Counted from the first letter of the stretch, positions 1 to 10,708 are shown. The stretch is 64,000 nucleotides of DNA from an uncultured delta proteobacterium (GCA_963816145.1 CAWFJP010000003.1:672001-736000); one strand, 5' to 3'. Notes: a model not told the origin generated them from the sequence alone. Program-made: numbers and translations.

Positions 1-34
1 CGTTCGACGAGGCGCCGCCACCAAGGAGTGATCC

Positions 35-1030
35 ATGAGTCCTTTTAGCTTTGTGATTCTCGCTTTCGTATTGGCAACCTCCACACCCAACGCCGCGCTC
101 GGCGCCACCAAGCTCACCATTGGCCACTCGACGATCAATCCACGCATCGCGCCGCTGTGGATCGCCCAGGAAAAGGGCTTCTTGCAAAAATATGGCATCG
201 ACGCGACCCTGGTGTTTGTCCGCAACACGCCACTGATGATCGCCGCCATGAAAGCTGGCACGATCCCCATCGCCTACGGCGGCGGCAGCGGTATCTTGGG
301 CGCTTCGGTGACCGAGTCGGACCTGCGCGTCTTGGCGACGTTTACCGGCAAGATGACCAACAACGTAGTCGCCCGCCCAGGAATCAAGACGGCCAAAGAT
401 TTGCGCGGCAAGATTCTCGGCATTCAAGGCGTCGGCGGCACCAACTGGATGGCCGCGCTGCTCTGGCTGGAGGCACTTGGCCTCGACCTGCGCCGAGACA
501 ATATCATTCTGCAAGGTACGGGCGAACAGGTGGTGCGCGCCCAAGCGCTCGAATCCGGCAAGGTCGACGCCGCGGTGATCGACATGGCGTTCAGCAAGAA
601 GCTCGAACAGCGCGGTTTCAACGTCATCGGCGACGCGCTAAAGACCGACATTCCGTTCACCGGCGTCGACATCGTCACCACGCGTGGCTTCATCAACGAC
701 CAATCGCCGCTGATCGAGAACATGATCAGAGCCTTACTGGAGAGCCTGGCCTACATGATGGCGCCGAAAAACCAAAACGCCGTGGTCGAGCTGATCATGA
801 AAAAACTCCGCCTCAAAGACAGCGTCACCGCCGAAGAAGGCTACCACGATGCGGTCCGCACCATGGCGCGCAAGCCCTACCCGGCCGTCGAAGGCATGCG
901 CAACGTCCAGCGCCTGTTGAAAACGCAAAACCCGCGCATCGGCGATGTCAACGTCGAGGATCTTGTTGATAGCCGCTTCATTCGCAAATTGGACGAGAGC
1001 GGTTTTTTCGATCGAATCTATGGCAAATAA
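35..1030 (+). CDS. ABC transporter substrate-binding protein, SsuA/THI5 (NMT1)-like
   Basis: Signal-peptide-like N-terminus, PLWIAQEKGF..KYGID and DLRGK motifs, C-terminal LDESGFF tail; RBS AAGGAG. Confidence 0.9.
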   Translation: MSPFSFVILAFVLATSTPNAALGATKLTIGHSTINPRIAPLWIAQEKGFLQKYGIDATLVFVRNTPLMIAAMKAGTIPIAYGGGSGILGASVTESDLRVLATFTGKMTNNVVARPGIKTAKDLRGKILGIQGVGGTNWMAALLWLEALGLDLRRDNIILQGTGEQVVRAQALESGKVDAAVIDMAFSKKLEQRGFNVIGDALKTDIPFTGVDIVTTRGFINDQSPLIENMIRALLESLAYMMAPKNQNAVVELIMKKLRLKDSVTAEEGYHDAVRTMARKPYPAVEGMRNVQRLLKTQNPRIGDVNVEDLVDSRFIRKLDESGFFDRIYGK

Positions 1031-1100
1031 GCAAAACCTGACAGGGATTCAGATAATGATAAAGGATCAAGGACGATAACGCGCAACCGGATCAAAGGGT

Positions 1101-1259
1101 ATGGAAGACGAGACACTTCGTAAGGTACAGAAGGTTCTGGATCGGCCCGCTCAGATCAATGAAGATGAGGTTAGATCTTTGATGAATCTCATTCGGAAGC
1201 GACTGGAATTAGAACCCGAGCCAAGTAGATACACACGGGCTTACGCCCGTGGCACTTAA
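1101..1259 (+). pseudogene. 52-codon ORF (MEDETLRKVQKVLDRPAQ...), probably truncated by the following mini-element
   Basis: ATG at 1101 after AAGGG; the frame runs into the hairpin element and stops at TAA 1257-1259. Confidence 0.3.
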
Positions 1260-1345
1260 AATGCGAAAACGATTAAAACCCCGCCCCACCTTCGGAGGCA
1301 TTCACCCCGGCCTAACGTCCGGGGTCCTCAGCCGAAGACTTGATA
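1230..1345. mobile_element. Non-autonomous IS200/IS605-like miniature element (PATE-like)
   Basis: Hairpins CACGGGC-ttac-GCCCGTG (1234-1251) and ACCCCGG-cctaacgt-CCGGGGT (1304-1325) resemble IS200/IS605 end hairpins; no transposase between them. Confidence 0.55.
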
Positions 1346-1449
1346 GTTCAACCGAGAATTGACGTGTTTGTGTTGGCTCTGTGAACAGTATTCGCCTCGC
1401 GTCGAGAACGGCGTGAGTCAATACGAATGCCTGGCACAGATTGCTTGCG

Positions 1450-4197
1450 TTATGGCGGCGGCTTCGCCGGGGCGCCTTGCAGTGCTTTTTGCAACGCGTC
1501 CATTTCGACTCCGAAGGTACGCCAATCGCCTTTGTTCAATGCCTCGAAGGCTCGCCGGTAGTGGTTTAGAGCTTGGGCATTCGCTGCCGTCGGAGGAAGC
1601 TCAGGTCCGCGAGCGCCAGGCGCCGGCGCCGCTGTCGACGTGACTACGGCTGCCTTCCTGCCCTCCTGCGTGAATAGCGCGGCCAGCAAACTGTCGACAT
1701 CCTGAGCCATGACGACACGATCTCCAGTGGAGGCGATTAGGCGCTTCAACTCCGGCAACTGGCGGCTTTCGGCACTTAAGTACAAGGGCTCGACGTACAG
1801 CAAGGTGTCGTCGATCGGAATCACCAACAGATTACCCCGAATAACGCGGGAGCCAGTCTGGTTCCAAAGCGAAAGCTGCTGAGAGATCGACGTATCCTGA
1901 TCAATGCGCGCCTCGATCTGTGCCGGCCCATAGATGAGCTTCTCCTTGGAAAAGGCAAATTCGATCACCTTGCCGTAGTTGGCGCCGTCGCAGCGCGCGG
2001 CCAACCAGGCGATCATGTTATCGCGATTGTTAGGCACCATCGGCAGCATCAAAATAAACTCCTCGCGCGGCTCCCCCGGCAATCGCATAATCGTGTAATA
2101 CGGCTGCATCGTGGTATTTTGCGCTTTGTGGTTCTCCTTCGGAAAACTCCACAAGTCTTCCTTGTTGTAGAACACCTCGGCATCCTTCATGTGGTAGGTG
2201 CCGTACACGCCTGCTTGAATTATAAAAAGATCTTCCGGGTAACGGATGTGCGCGCGTAACGACGCCGGCATAGAATCGAGCGGCTGAAACAGAGTCGGGA
2301 AAATGCGCTGGTAAGTGAGCACGATCGGATCTTTTGGGTCGGCAATATAAAAAACCGTGTTGCCGTCGTAGGCATCAATCGAGACCTTCACCGAGTTGCG
2401 GATATAGTTGATAAGGCCGGCGCCGTTTTGTTGGGAGTAAGGCAGTGAGTCGCTGATGGTGTAAGCGTCCTGCAACCAGATCAAGCGCCCGTCATTTACG
2501 ACTAGATAAGGATCGCGATCGAGACGGAGGAAAGGCGCGATCCGTTGGATGCGGTCCTGAATGATCCGGCGAAAGAGAATCTTGCTCGTCGCGGTAACGT
2601 TGTCGCTAATGAGCAACTTGAAATCGCCGAGGGACCAGGCAAATAACGCGCGCGTCCACAGACTGCGTAAGGACACGCCGTCGCGGCCTTCGTAAACGTT
2701 GTAGACATTTTCCTGACCCTTAGCATAGTCAAATTCTTTGGTGCCGCCGCCAACCACCACATAGTTGCGAGTCTCCTCGCCGAAATAGATCTCCGGACGG
2801 TTGATACGCAACTCCGGCGGACCGACGGGGGGAATGTCTTTAACGTAAAAAACCGGTAGCCCTTCCTCGTCGAAGCGATTCACAGGAGTCATTGCGACAC
2901 CGTTGCCGTGGGTAAACTTGAAGCGCTGGTTGATCCAGGTCTGCGCGTCGACCGGCAGTTTCGACTGATTCAACTCTCGGGCGGATAGCAAGACTTGCCG
3001 GTAGCTCCCGTCGACGGTGTAACGATCGACATCGATGTCGTGGAAGTTGTAGTAGAGCCGGATTTCCTGCAACTGCCGGTAGGTATCCAACAGAGGGCGG
3101 GGATCCCACCAGCGAATATTCTGGATCGTCGCTTGGTTGGCAGCGATCAGCTCCGGCGTGAGTTTCCCTTTTGCCGGAAACGGCGCGCTGGTGATGTGAT
3201 CGAGAGCGAAACCATATCGGGTGAATTCGATGTTACGGGCAATGTAGCGCGACTCCAGCTTTAACTCGTCCGGCTTGACCCAATAGCTTTGAAACAGACT
3301 GGGCACGATCGTTTGCCCAATCGACACGGCGAAGACAATGATTATCGCCGTAACGGGCAGGCGGATAGCGGCACGCCAGACATTGTACGCGCATATAGCC
3401 GCCCCTATCAGTGCCGCGCCTGCTAAACCTATCAACAGCGGCAAGCGTAGGTGGACGTCGGTATAGGCGGCGCCGAAGACGATCCCATTATTGCTGGTCA
3501 GGAGATCGTAACGCTGGAGAAGATAGCTGCCCGCTTTGACGAAAAAAAACAATGCCAGCAGCGCGGAAAGGTGGCGAATCGCCGCGGCGCTTAGCGCGGG
3601 CAATCCCGTCTGCTGATAGTCGATACCGCCGCGTAGCAGATAGATGGCGACTGCGCTGGCGCCGCTCAGAAAAATTATTAAAAGTCCCCAATCTTTGAGC
3701 AGCTCGTAAACCGGAAGCGAAAATACATAAAACCCGAGGTCATTGCCGAATAACGGATCGGACCGTCCGAAGGGGGCAGCGTAGTACCACTTAAGAATGA
3801 CGTCCCAGTTACTTGTTTGGGCCAAACCGATAAACACGCCGACAATTAAAGCAGCCGTCGTAATGATCAGCCGCAACGGCAGATTGTCTAGCGAAAGTTC
3901 AATAACCTCAGGGAGCCCTTGAGCACCGCGACCGACAATTCTGAAATTATGCGGTCGACTCGGTCCCGCGCTGGTCATTCCCGTGGCGATGAAGCCGTTG
4001 AGCAGTAGGATTGCGGTTGAGAGCCCGGTCGCGACGACGAACACGGCGAGCACTGTGAGCCAGGTGGTGGTGAAGACGTTGCGGAATCCCAGTGAGCTGA
4101 ACCATAACAGATCGACGAAGAAGCGGCTGAATACGAAGAATATCACCAACACCGCAACGATCGACGCCGCAACTATGAGGGAGCCCTTTTTCACCAT
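1450..4197 (-). CDS. UPF0182 family membrane protein
   Basis: DLLWFSSLGF, DPLFGNDLGFYVF, NIRWWD, NYIRNSVK, HIRYPEDLF, GNLLVIPI motifs; 915 aa. Confidence 0.95.
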   Translation of the reverse strand: MVKKGSLIVAASIVAVLVIFFVFSRFFVDLLWFSSLGFRNVFTTTWLTVLAVFVVATGLSTAILLLNGFIATGMTSAGPSRPHNFRIVGRGAQGLPEVIELSLDNLPLRLIITTAALIVGVFIGLAQTSNWDVILKWYYAAPFGRSDPLFGNDLGFYVFSLPVYELLKDWGLLIIFLSGASAVAIYLLRGGIDYQQTGLPALSAAAIRHLSALLALFFFVKAGSYLLQRYDLLTSNNGIVFGAAYTDVHLRLPLLIGLAGAALIGAAICAYNVWRAAIRLPVTAIIIVFAVSIGQTIVPSLFQSYWVKPDELKLESRYIARNIEFTRYGFALDHITSAPFPAKGKLTPELIAANQATIQNIRWWDPRPLLDTYRQLQEIRLYYNFHDIDVDRYTVDGSYRQVLLSARELNQSKLPVDAQTWINQRFKFTHGNGVAMTPVNRFDEEGLPVFYVKDIPPVGPPELRINRPEIYFGEETRNYVVVGGGTKEFDYAKGQENVYNVYEGRDGVSLRSLWTRALFAWSLGDFKLLISDNVTATSKILFRRIIQDRIQRIAPFLRLDRDPYLVVNDGRLIWLQDAYTISDSLPYSQQNGAGLINYIRNSVKVSIDAYDGNTVFYIADPKDPIVLTYQRIFPTLFQPLDSMPASLRAHIRYPEDLFIIQAGVYGTYHMKDAEVFYNKEDLWSFPKENHKAQNTTMQPYYTIMRLPGEPREEFILMLPMVPNNRDNMIAWLAARCDGANYGKVIEFAFSKEKLIYGPAQIEARIDQDTSISQQLSLWNQTGSRVIRGNLLVIPIDDTLLYVEPLYLSAESRQLPELKRLIASTGDRVVMAQDVDSLLAALFTQEGRKAAVVTSTAAPAPGARGPELPPTAANAQALNHYRRAFEALNKGDWRTFGVEMDALQKALQGAPAKPPP

Positions 4198-4363
4198 TAA
4201 ATATCTCCGTCGGATCGGACTTTAGGTATATAGAACAATGAGCCAAGAAGGAAGGCATTTAGAGAGATCAGTCGAGCCGACGGGCCGCAACTGGAGCTAA
4301 CTATCCAACTTGGTCGTTATCCGTCACCGCACCCTTACGTGAAATGGGTGCGAGACATTCGTA

Positions 4364-4717
4364 TTGACGCGCGGTTTCATCGCCGACCAACCGGTGCTGA
4401 TCGAAAACATAATCAAGGCGTTGCTGGAAAGCCTGCCCTACATGATGGCGGCGAAAAACCACAACGCCGTGGTCGACCAGATCATGAAAAAACTCCGGAT
4501 CAAAGACACCGGTGCCGCCGATAAAGGGTGCCGCGACGCGGTCCGAACCATGGCGCGCAAGCCCTACCCGACCGTCGAAGGCATGCGCAACGTCCAACGC
4601 TTGTTAAATACCCAGAACCCGCGCATCGGTGAGGTCAAGGTCGAGGGTCCTGTCGATAACCGCTACATTCGCAAATTAGACGAGAGCGGCTTTTTCCAGC
4701 AGATTTATGGGAAATGA
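4364..4717 (+). pseudogene. 3' fragment of an SsuA/THI5-like SBP gene, paralogous to the end of 35..1030
   Basis: Aligns codon by codon with about 680-1030 (TRGFI...MARKPYP.VEGMRNVQRLL...LDESGFF..IYGK); no 5' portion. Confidence 0.85.
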
Positions 4718-5018
4718 CCAAAGTCTGAAACAACGGTGACGCTTGTCAGTTCGATCCACCAGGATTGGCTATTCAGCGGCTATAGGATCCATTTTCTCAC
4801 CAATCGCCGGCTGTTCCTCATGCCATCCAAGCCTGCTAATTCGACTGACTGAATGAGTGCTGCAGCCTCATCAGACCCTATTTTGATTGATTGACTTTTT
4901 CGGGTCTTTACGAAAAGCCTGCGTTCAGCGCCATACCTTTGTTGACGATACAGATCTAAATCGACTACCATTCTGACCATCGCAATTCGGACCAACTCTA
5001 CAGAGACAGATTTCCCCA

Positions 5019-6962
5019 ATGACACAACAAGATTCGATCCCCCGTATCACCGTGCAGCCCGCGCGCGGTTTCGTCGCGTTTGGCGACGACGAGATTGAAC
5101 AATCAATTCCGCAGCGATTCGAGCAGCAGGTGCAGGTGGATGGCAGTCGCGTGGCGATAAAATCAGACCGGGAGATCTACACGTTTGATTCACTCAATCG
5201 GACCGCCAACCGTTTAGCGCGGGAGATACTGAAGCGATGCGGCAGCACGGAGGAGCCGATCGCCCTGCTCTTCGATCATGGCGCCGCGGTTCTGGTGGCG
5301 ATCATGGCGGTGTTAAAAGCTGGAAAGTTTTACGTCGCCTTGGATGCGAGCTATCCACGAGATCGTTTGAAATACATGCTGCAAGATTCCGGCGCCAAAC
5401 TCATCGTCACCGACCCAAACAACATCGCCGTCGTAAGAGATCTCTGTGACGACTCCTTGGAGATTGTCGATTTCACGAATCCGGATGTAAGTCTTACCGA
5501 TCACGATCTGGGCATAACTCCGAAGCCGGACAGCCTCGCGCTGCTGCTTTATACCTCGGGCTCCACTGGACAGCCGAAGGGAGCGATGCACACCCATCGC
5601 AATGTGCTCGTCGACGTGCGCAATCTCACCAATGGCTGGGGTGTGAGCGCGGAGGATCGCTGGTTGTTGCACACCTCGGTCAGTTTCGCGAACTCAGTGC
5701 GGACGATTTTCAGCTCGCTCCTAAACGGCGGCTCGATCTATCCCTACGACATAAAGGCGACCGGCTTCGGTGAGTTGCCCAATTTGCTGGTGACAAGCGA
5801 GATCACCATTGTCCGCACTGTGCCAACCACCTTTCGCGACTTTATGGGCACGTTGAAAAGCGACCAGAAGTTTCCATCGGTTCGAGTGTTATCGGTCGGC
5901 GGAGAACCGATGCTGCGAGATGATCTCCACTATTTTAATCGCCACTTTCTAGGCCATTGCGTCTTAGCCCATGCCCTCGGACCGACCGAGTGCTTGACCG
6001 TTTGTTGGGCGCTGATCCCACATGGAACTCACATAACAGAGACTAAATTGCCAATAGGCTATCCTCTTAAGGACAAAGATGTGCTGGTGCTCGACAATAA
6101 TCGAAGAGAACTCAGCGACGGTGAAGTTGGCGAATTAGCGGTCAAGAGTCGCTATATCTCGCTGGGATACTGGCGCGATCCTGAGCGAACTCAGTCAATG
6201 TTCTTACCTGATCCAGCCGGCACCGCCGCACGGATTTACCTAACCGGCGACCTCGGCATCAGAAGAGCGGACGGGTGCTTGGTCCACATTGGCCGTGAGG
6301 ACTTCCAGGTAAAGATCCGAGGCTTTCGAATTGACGTTGCAGAAGTTGAAATCGCCCTACGCGCCATCGAAGAAGTCGCGGATGCCGTCGTAGTTGGGCG
6401 GCAAGACGAGGCCGGCACACAAAGGCTGGTTGCTTATTTCGTGCCGGCGACCCATCCGCCTGTCACGATTACCAAGCTTCGTCAAAATCTCGCTCATATA
6501 TTACCCGACTACATGATTCCGTCATCATTTGTTTTTCTGAATGCGCTTCCGCAGACTCCGAACGGAAAAACGGATCGGCTTCGTCTGCCGTCTCCACCTC
6601 GAACCCGACCTGATCTGGACAATATATTCGTAGCACCAGGGACGATGACCGAGATAGAGCTTTCGAAAATATGGTCCGAAGTCCTAGGTATCGATCAGTT
6701 AGGAATCAATGACAATTTTTTCGAATTGGGCGGCGACTCCTTGATGGCGACGCGGATCGTCGCCGGGATAATGAAGAAATATAGTGCCGATCTGCCGATC
6801 AGGACCTTGTTTGATATCCCGACAATAGCCCAGCAAGCTGAACAACTATTGCTGTGGCAGACAAAAGCTACCTGCGCGGAAACCCTGGCAAACATTCTAG
6901 ACGAAGTCGAATCCTTGTCCGACGAGGCAATCCACCGCCCTCTCACGGGCGAAAAAAACTAG
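5019..6962 (+). CDS. Stand-alone NRPS-like adenylation + carrier (A-PCP) protein
   Basis: YTSGSTGQPKG, GPTE, YLTGDL, QVKIRGFRI and NGKTDR motifs; PCP motif FFELGGDSL; no C or TE domain. Confidence 0.9.
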   Translation: MTQQDSIPRITVQPARGFVAFGDDEIEQSIPQRFEQQVQVDGSRVAIKSDREIYTFDSLNRTANRLAREILKRCGSTEEPIALLFDHGAAVLVAIMAVLKAGKFYVALDASYPRDRLKYMLQDSGAKLIVTDPNNIAVVRDLCDDSLEIVDFTNPDVSLTDHDLGITPKPDSLALLLYTSGSTGQPKGAMHTHRNVLVDVRNLTNGWGVSAEDRWLLHTSVSFANSVRTIFSSLLNGGSIYPYDIKATGFGELPNLLVTSEITIVRTVPTTFRDFMGTLKSDQKFPSVRVLSVGGEPMLRDDLHYFNRHFLGHCVLAHALGPTECLTVCWALIPHGTHITETKLPIGYPLKDKDVLVLDNNRRELSDGEVGELAVKSRYISLGYWRDPERTQSMFLPDPAGTAARIYLTGDLGIRRADGCLVHIGREDFQVKIRGFRIDVAEVEIALRAIEEVADAVVVGRQDEAGTQRLVAYFVPATHPPVTITKLRQNLAHILPDYMIPSSFVFLNALPQTPNGKTDRLRLPSPPRTRPDLDNIFVAPGTMTEIELSKIWSEVLGIDQLGINDNFFELGGDSLMATRIVAGIMKKYSADLPIRTLFDIPTIAQQAEQLLLWQTKATCAETLANILDEVESLSDEAIHRPLTGEKN

Positions 6963-7206
6963 AACACGCCATGCTAAAAGATCACGCGACCTCATTATTC
7001 AAATCCACGGCGAAAACGCGCATTTACTTTTGTAATCGACGCCAGTAGCCGGCAAGCCTACTGCTCGTTATGCCAGTACGCTTGCTTTTTGTTCTCACCC
7101 GTTAGCGGAAGAATCTTTCTATCAGGCGCCACCCGGTGTGAAGATCGGCTCGTCTGGCTCGAACGGCCCGGTTGCCGGGCGTGGTAGTTATTTAGGCTGT
7201 CCCGCT

Positions 7207-8232
7207 CTACTTCACATCCCCAGGGAAAAGCTTCGACGCGTAATCACGATTGACCGCCTGGATGATCGAGTTGTCATAAAACCGTTTCGGATCGGCGCCT
7301 TTGCCCTTGTCGTCCGGTGAGTTTTCGAGCACCATGCGGATCGCCGACGGGTCGACGCTCATGTCTTTGTTCCACACCCGCAAGCCTTGCCGGTAATTCT
7401 CGGCGAGCAACGCAGCATCGGTAATTTTGGAATACTTGCTGTCGAGCTTCTTGGCATACTCCTCGTCATCGATGGCGCGCTTGAGCCCGTCGAGATGGCC
7501 CATGAAATAGGCCTTGATCGTATTGGGATTTTTCTGCGCGAACTCGCGCATCACCGCGGTGCCCGGACCGATGATTTTTACCCCGTCTTTGTAATAGTCG
7601 ACGACCACCGTGGCGCCTTTCTGCCTGGCCAGATCGGTGTGCGGCGGGCCGATTACCAAACCGTCGGCATTGCCGACCAAGAATGTCGACAACGCCTCCC
7701 CCGGCGTGCGGTGATAGATCAGCTTCACATCTTTGCCCACTTCCATGCCATATTTACGAGCAGTCATGCGCACGACGATTTCGCCGAACGCGCCTGGAGA
7801 GGTTGTCGAGATCGTCTTGCCGCGGAATTGCTCGAACGACGTGATGCCTTTTTGGCTGAGCAACATCAGCGAGCTTTTATCCACCGAAGCGCCGACGTAA
7901 ATAATATCCGCTCCGCCCAGATTGCCGCCGATCGCCGTGGCTCCACCCTGGTAAATATCGACCCGACCCGAAATCAGCGCCTGCACCGAAGTGCTCGCCG
8001 CCACCACAGAAATGTTCACCGCTAGCCCATGCTTGGCAAAGTACCCGCCGTCCAGCGCCACCGCCGTGGGAATACTTGTCGCTCCCCAAGCCGCAATCGC
8101 TACCTCTAGCTGATTTTTTTCAGGCTTGACGGATGAAATTTGCGCAAAGGCTTCACCTCCCACCAAGTAGCCGACAAACAGCATCGCACCAAAACGAAAA
8201 CTAACCGATCGACGAAAGGCGGAATATTTCAT
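7207..8232 (-). CDS. SsuA/THI5-like substrate-binding protein
   Basis: GYFAKHGL and FRGK motifs, signal-like N-terminus. Confidence 0.85.
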   Translation of the reverse strand: MKYSAFRRSVSFRFGAMLFVGYLVGGEAFAQISSVKPEKNQLEVAIAAWGATSIPTAVALDGGYFAKHGLAVNISVVAASTSVQALISGRVDIYQGGATAIGGNLGGADIIYVGASVDKSSLMLLSQKGITSFEQFRGKTISTTSPGAFGEIVVRMTARKYGMEVGKDVKLIYHRTPGEALSTFLVGNADGLVIGPPHTDLARQKGATVVVDYYKDGVKIIGPGTAVMREFAQKNPNTIKAYFMGHLDGLKRAIDDEEYAKKLDSKYSKITDAALLAENYRQGLRVWNKDMSVDPSAIRMVLENSPDDKGKGADPKRFYDNSIIQAVNRDYASKLFPGDVK

Positions 8233-8420
8233 GCTCGTAGACCTTTCACTGCACGTGATTCATCGAATACTCAAGTTGCCCAATCAATCCACGCAGCCTT
8301 TAATACGCCCCCGCGGTGACTATCCACGATCCACGGAGTGAGACGCAATAACCTTGACGACCCATTATTAGCCATGCACGGCAAGCCATCATATTTGACC
8401 AATCTTCGGAAACCATGACG

Positions 8421-9416
8421 TCAATTTCCATACAACTTTTTAATAAAACCGCTGTCCTCGATTTCTTTTAGGATCGAAGGGTCGATGAAGTCGTTCGGGT
8501 TGAGAGTTTTCATTTGCGGGCGGGTCTTAGACAGTTGATCGATGATGGTCTGAATGCCTTCGCGGTCCGGGTAGGGAACTCTGCGGATCAGTCGCTGGGA
8601 CATCTCGTCATAAGACACTTGCACCAGCGACAGGTCGTCGACCCGCGTGTACTTTTTCAGGACGTTCAGCGCCACGTCTTTGTTGGTTTTGAAGACATAG
8701 ATGCCTTCGAGATACGCCTTCATGAATCGGACGGCGACATCCCGATTCGCTTGAATGAAGCTTTTTCGCGTGCCGAAACCGTGCATCGAATAAGCCACGC
8801 CGAGCTCGCTCAGGTCGGCGACAACGGCCGCACCCTGTCGTTTCGCCAGTGTCGCGAAGGGCTCGGACAAAACGACCGCGTCCACCGCTTTGTTTTGCAG
8901 CGCCAGAAATTCTTCCTGCTCGCCGCCGAGCTGGATAATGGCAACGTCTTTGTCGGGAACCAGACCCCATCGGGTCAGAGCGTAGCGGATCGAAAAATCA
9001 CTGGCGCCACCCAGCCGGGAAATGCCGACCTTCTTGCCCTTTAACATCTCGGGCTTTTTAAGCTCCGGACTCCCCATGATTTTGAATACAAAAGTATTGA
9101 GTGTTGCGGTCAGGCCGACAAAGTCGCCGCCGCCCATGTTGGCGTTGATGTTGGCGACTCCGGCGCTGGTGATGAACTGAATCTCGCCGGCTAGAGCCGC
9201 CTGCACCGCCCGCGAACTCACCGGCACAAAGAGGACTTCGGCATCGACGCCGTATTTCCGCGGCAGGTCGAGTTCCTTCATGATGTAAACCGGATCGAAT
9301 TGAATGCCTATCGACGTGTAGGCGGCGCGGATTTTGGGCAGGTTCTGTCCCCGCGCCGGGACGATGAAAGCAATCATTACAGCAAAACAAACCACCCAAC
9401 TTTTTACACTCAACAT
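8421..9416 (-). CDS. SsuA/THI5-like substrate-binding protein
   Basis: LKGKKVGISRLGGASD and IEDSGFIKKLY; ATG 9416 with RBS GAGGA. Confidence 0.88.
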   Translation of the reverse strand: MLSVKSWVVCFAVMIAFIVPARGQNLPKIRAAYTSIGIQFDPVYIMKELDLPRKYGVDAEVLFVPVSSRAVQAALAGEIQFITSAGVANINANMGGGDFVGLTATLNTFVFKIMGSPELKKPEMLKGKKVGISRLGGASDFSIRYALTRWGLVPDKDVAIIQLGGEQEEFLALQNKAVDAVVLSEPFATLAKRQGAAVVADLSELGVAYSMHGFGTRKSFIQANRDVAVRFMKAYLEGIYVFKTNKDVALNVLKKYTRVDDLSLVQVSYDEMSQRLIRRVPYPDREGIQTIIDQLSKTRPQMKTLNPNDFIDPSILKEIEDSGFIKKLYGN

Positions 9417-9508
9417 GGTTCCTCTCATTATCCGTCAATCAATCGCTTATCCCTGGTAATCCCAAGTGCTTAGCGTGGCGCGTAATTCGCGGCGACACCG
9501 TCCACTGA

Positions 9509-10708
9509 CTACTTTCGCCGAAACAAGTCATCCGCCATCCGAGACTTCACCCCTTCTCGTTTCAAGGTTTCTTCATACTCCGCGCGGATGAACGGATCTT
9601 CCTCGTCATACGGAATCGCCGTGCCACCGTCGCGTACGTCGATGGCGCCTTCGTCGATCGCCTTCTCCCCCGGCCGGCCCGGTTGTTGGGCGCGGTGATT
9701 GTTGGGGCCGTACCAGCCTAACAAGCGCAATGGTTCTTTGCTGACACCGAAATGCTGATGGAACCAATCGCCGCTCATCGGCGCCGCGCTCACCATGCCG
9801 ACGTGGTCGTAGTCCTGGCGAATGATTTTGTCGCGGTGGCCATCCTTCCAGGGCGTCAGTCCGTACTTCACTGGCCAAGTGTATGTGTATCCTTTACCCT
9901 TGATGCAGACCAAGACGGCAGCCGATGCGTGCGCATGGGCTTTGGAATAGCGACCGTTTTCGTGCTCGCCGATGAACTGATAAAAAACATTCTCGGTCAT
10001 GCGCGGTTCCATGCGCCGGTAGCCGGGCGAGCGCCGGTTGTCCAATTGTAATTCGCTGTTGAAGACATCGGGAATCAGGTTGGTCCGGCTCATGGCCAGG
10101 CCGCGCAGCGGATCGGGCACCACCTGGTCGTTGGGTTTGAAAAAATCTTCGGCGTCGCTGTAGCGGTCTTTGAAAACATAGGGACAGTTGAAGATGAAGT
10201 CGCTGTTGCGCACCAGGTTGACCATATTCGGCGCTGTGGTCGCCGCCAGCAGCACCGCGGGGGTCGACCGGGCGTTGATCACTCGATGCCACGCGTTCAT
10301 CGGGATCGAAAACAGCGAACCGGTTTGCCACTCGAACTGATGCTTGCGCGCCGCACCATCGACCCACACCTCGGTGGTGCCGCGCCCCTCGACGACCAGG
10401 TAAATCTCCTCGTACATATGGCGCTCGGCCTTGAGCCCATCGGCGCCGGGGATTTCGATGACGTAACAACCCCACAGCCCTTCCGTGCCATAGAGTTGAA
10501 TGAACGTGCCCCGGCCGCCGAGCCGCTTCCACGGTTTGAACGGCAGCTCCTGCACCCGCTGCACGCCGATGCCGCGGTAAATCGGCACTCCCTCGTTCTC
10601 CATAAAGTTATCGTAAGGTGAGTTGGGCCGGTTCCAGCTGCCGATGCCGGCGTTTTGTCCTCTGTCCGGTTCCTGCCACTCTGTCGGGTTCGAAGTTTTT
10701 TGCGCCAT
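9509..10708 (-). CDS. Bicupin protein (gentisate dioxygenase-like cupin superfamily)
   Basis: Two cupin motifs: RHMYEE...PMNAWH and AHAH...WFHQHF; RBS AGGAG. Confidence 0.8.
   Translation of the reverse strand: MAQKTSNPTEWQEPDRGQNAGIGSWNRPNSPYDNFMENEGVPIYRGIGVQRVQELPFKPWKRLGGRGTFIQLYGTEGLWGCYVIEIPGADGLKAERHMYEEIYLVVEGRGTTEVWVDGAARKHQFEWQTGSLFSIPMNAWHRVINARSTPAVLLAATTAPNMVNLVRNSDFIFNCPYVFKDRYSDAEDFFKPNDQVVPDPLRGLAMSRTNLIPDVFNSELQLDNRRSPGYRRMEPRMTENVFYQFIGEHENGRYSKAHAHASAAVLVCIKGKGYTYTWPVKYGLTPWKDGHRDKIIRQDYDHVGMVSAAPMSGDWFHQHFGVSKEPLRLLGWYGPNNHRAQQPGRPGEKAIDEGAIDVRDGGTAIPYDEEDPFIRAEYEETLKREGVKSRMADDLFRRK

Noticed and set aside
1431-1448. TGGCAC...TTGC as a sigma54 promoter (also near 56160)
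   Set aside because: Wrong GG-N10-GC spacing or missing -12 GC, and no suitable downstream gene.
5019-6962. A complete NRPS biosynthetic cluster
   Set aside because: No condensation, thioesterase, PPTase or tailoring genes are adjacent.
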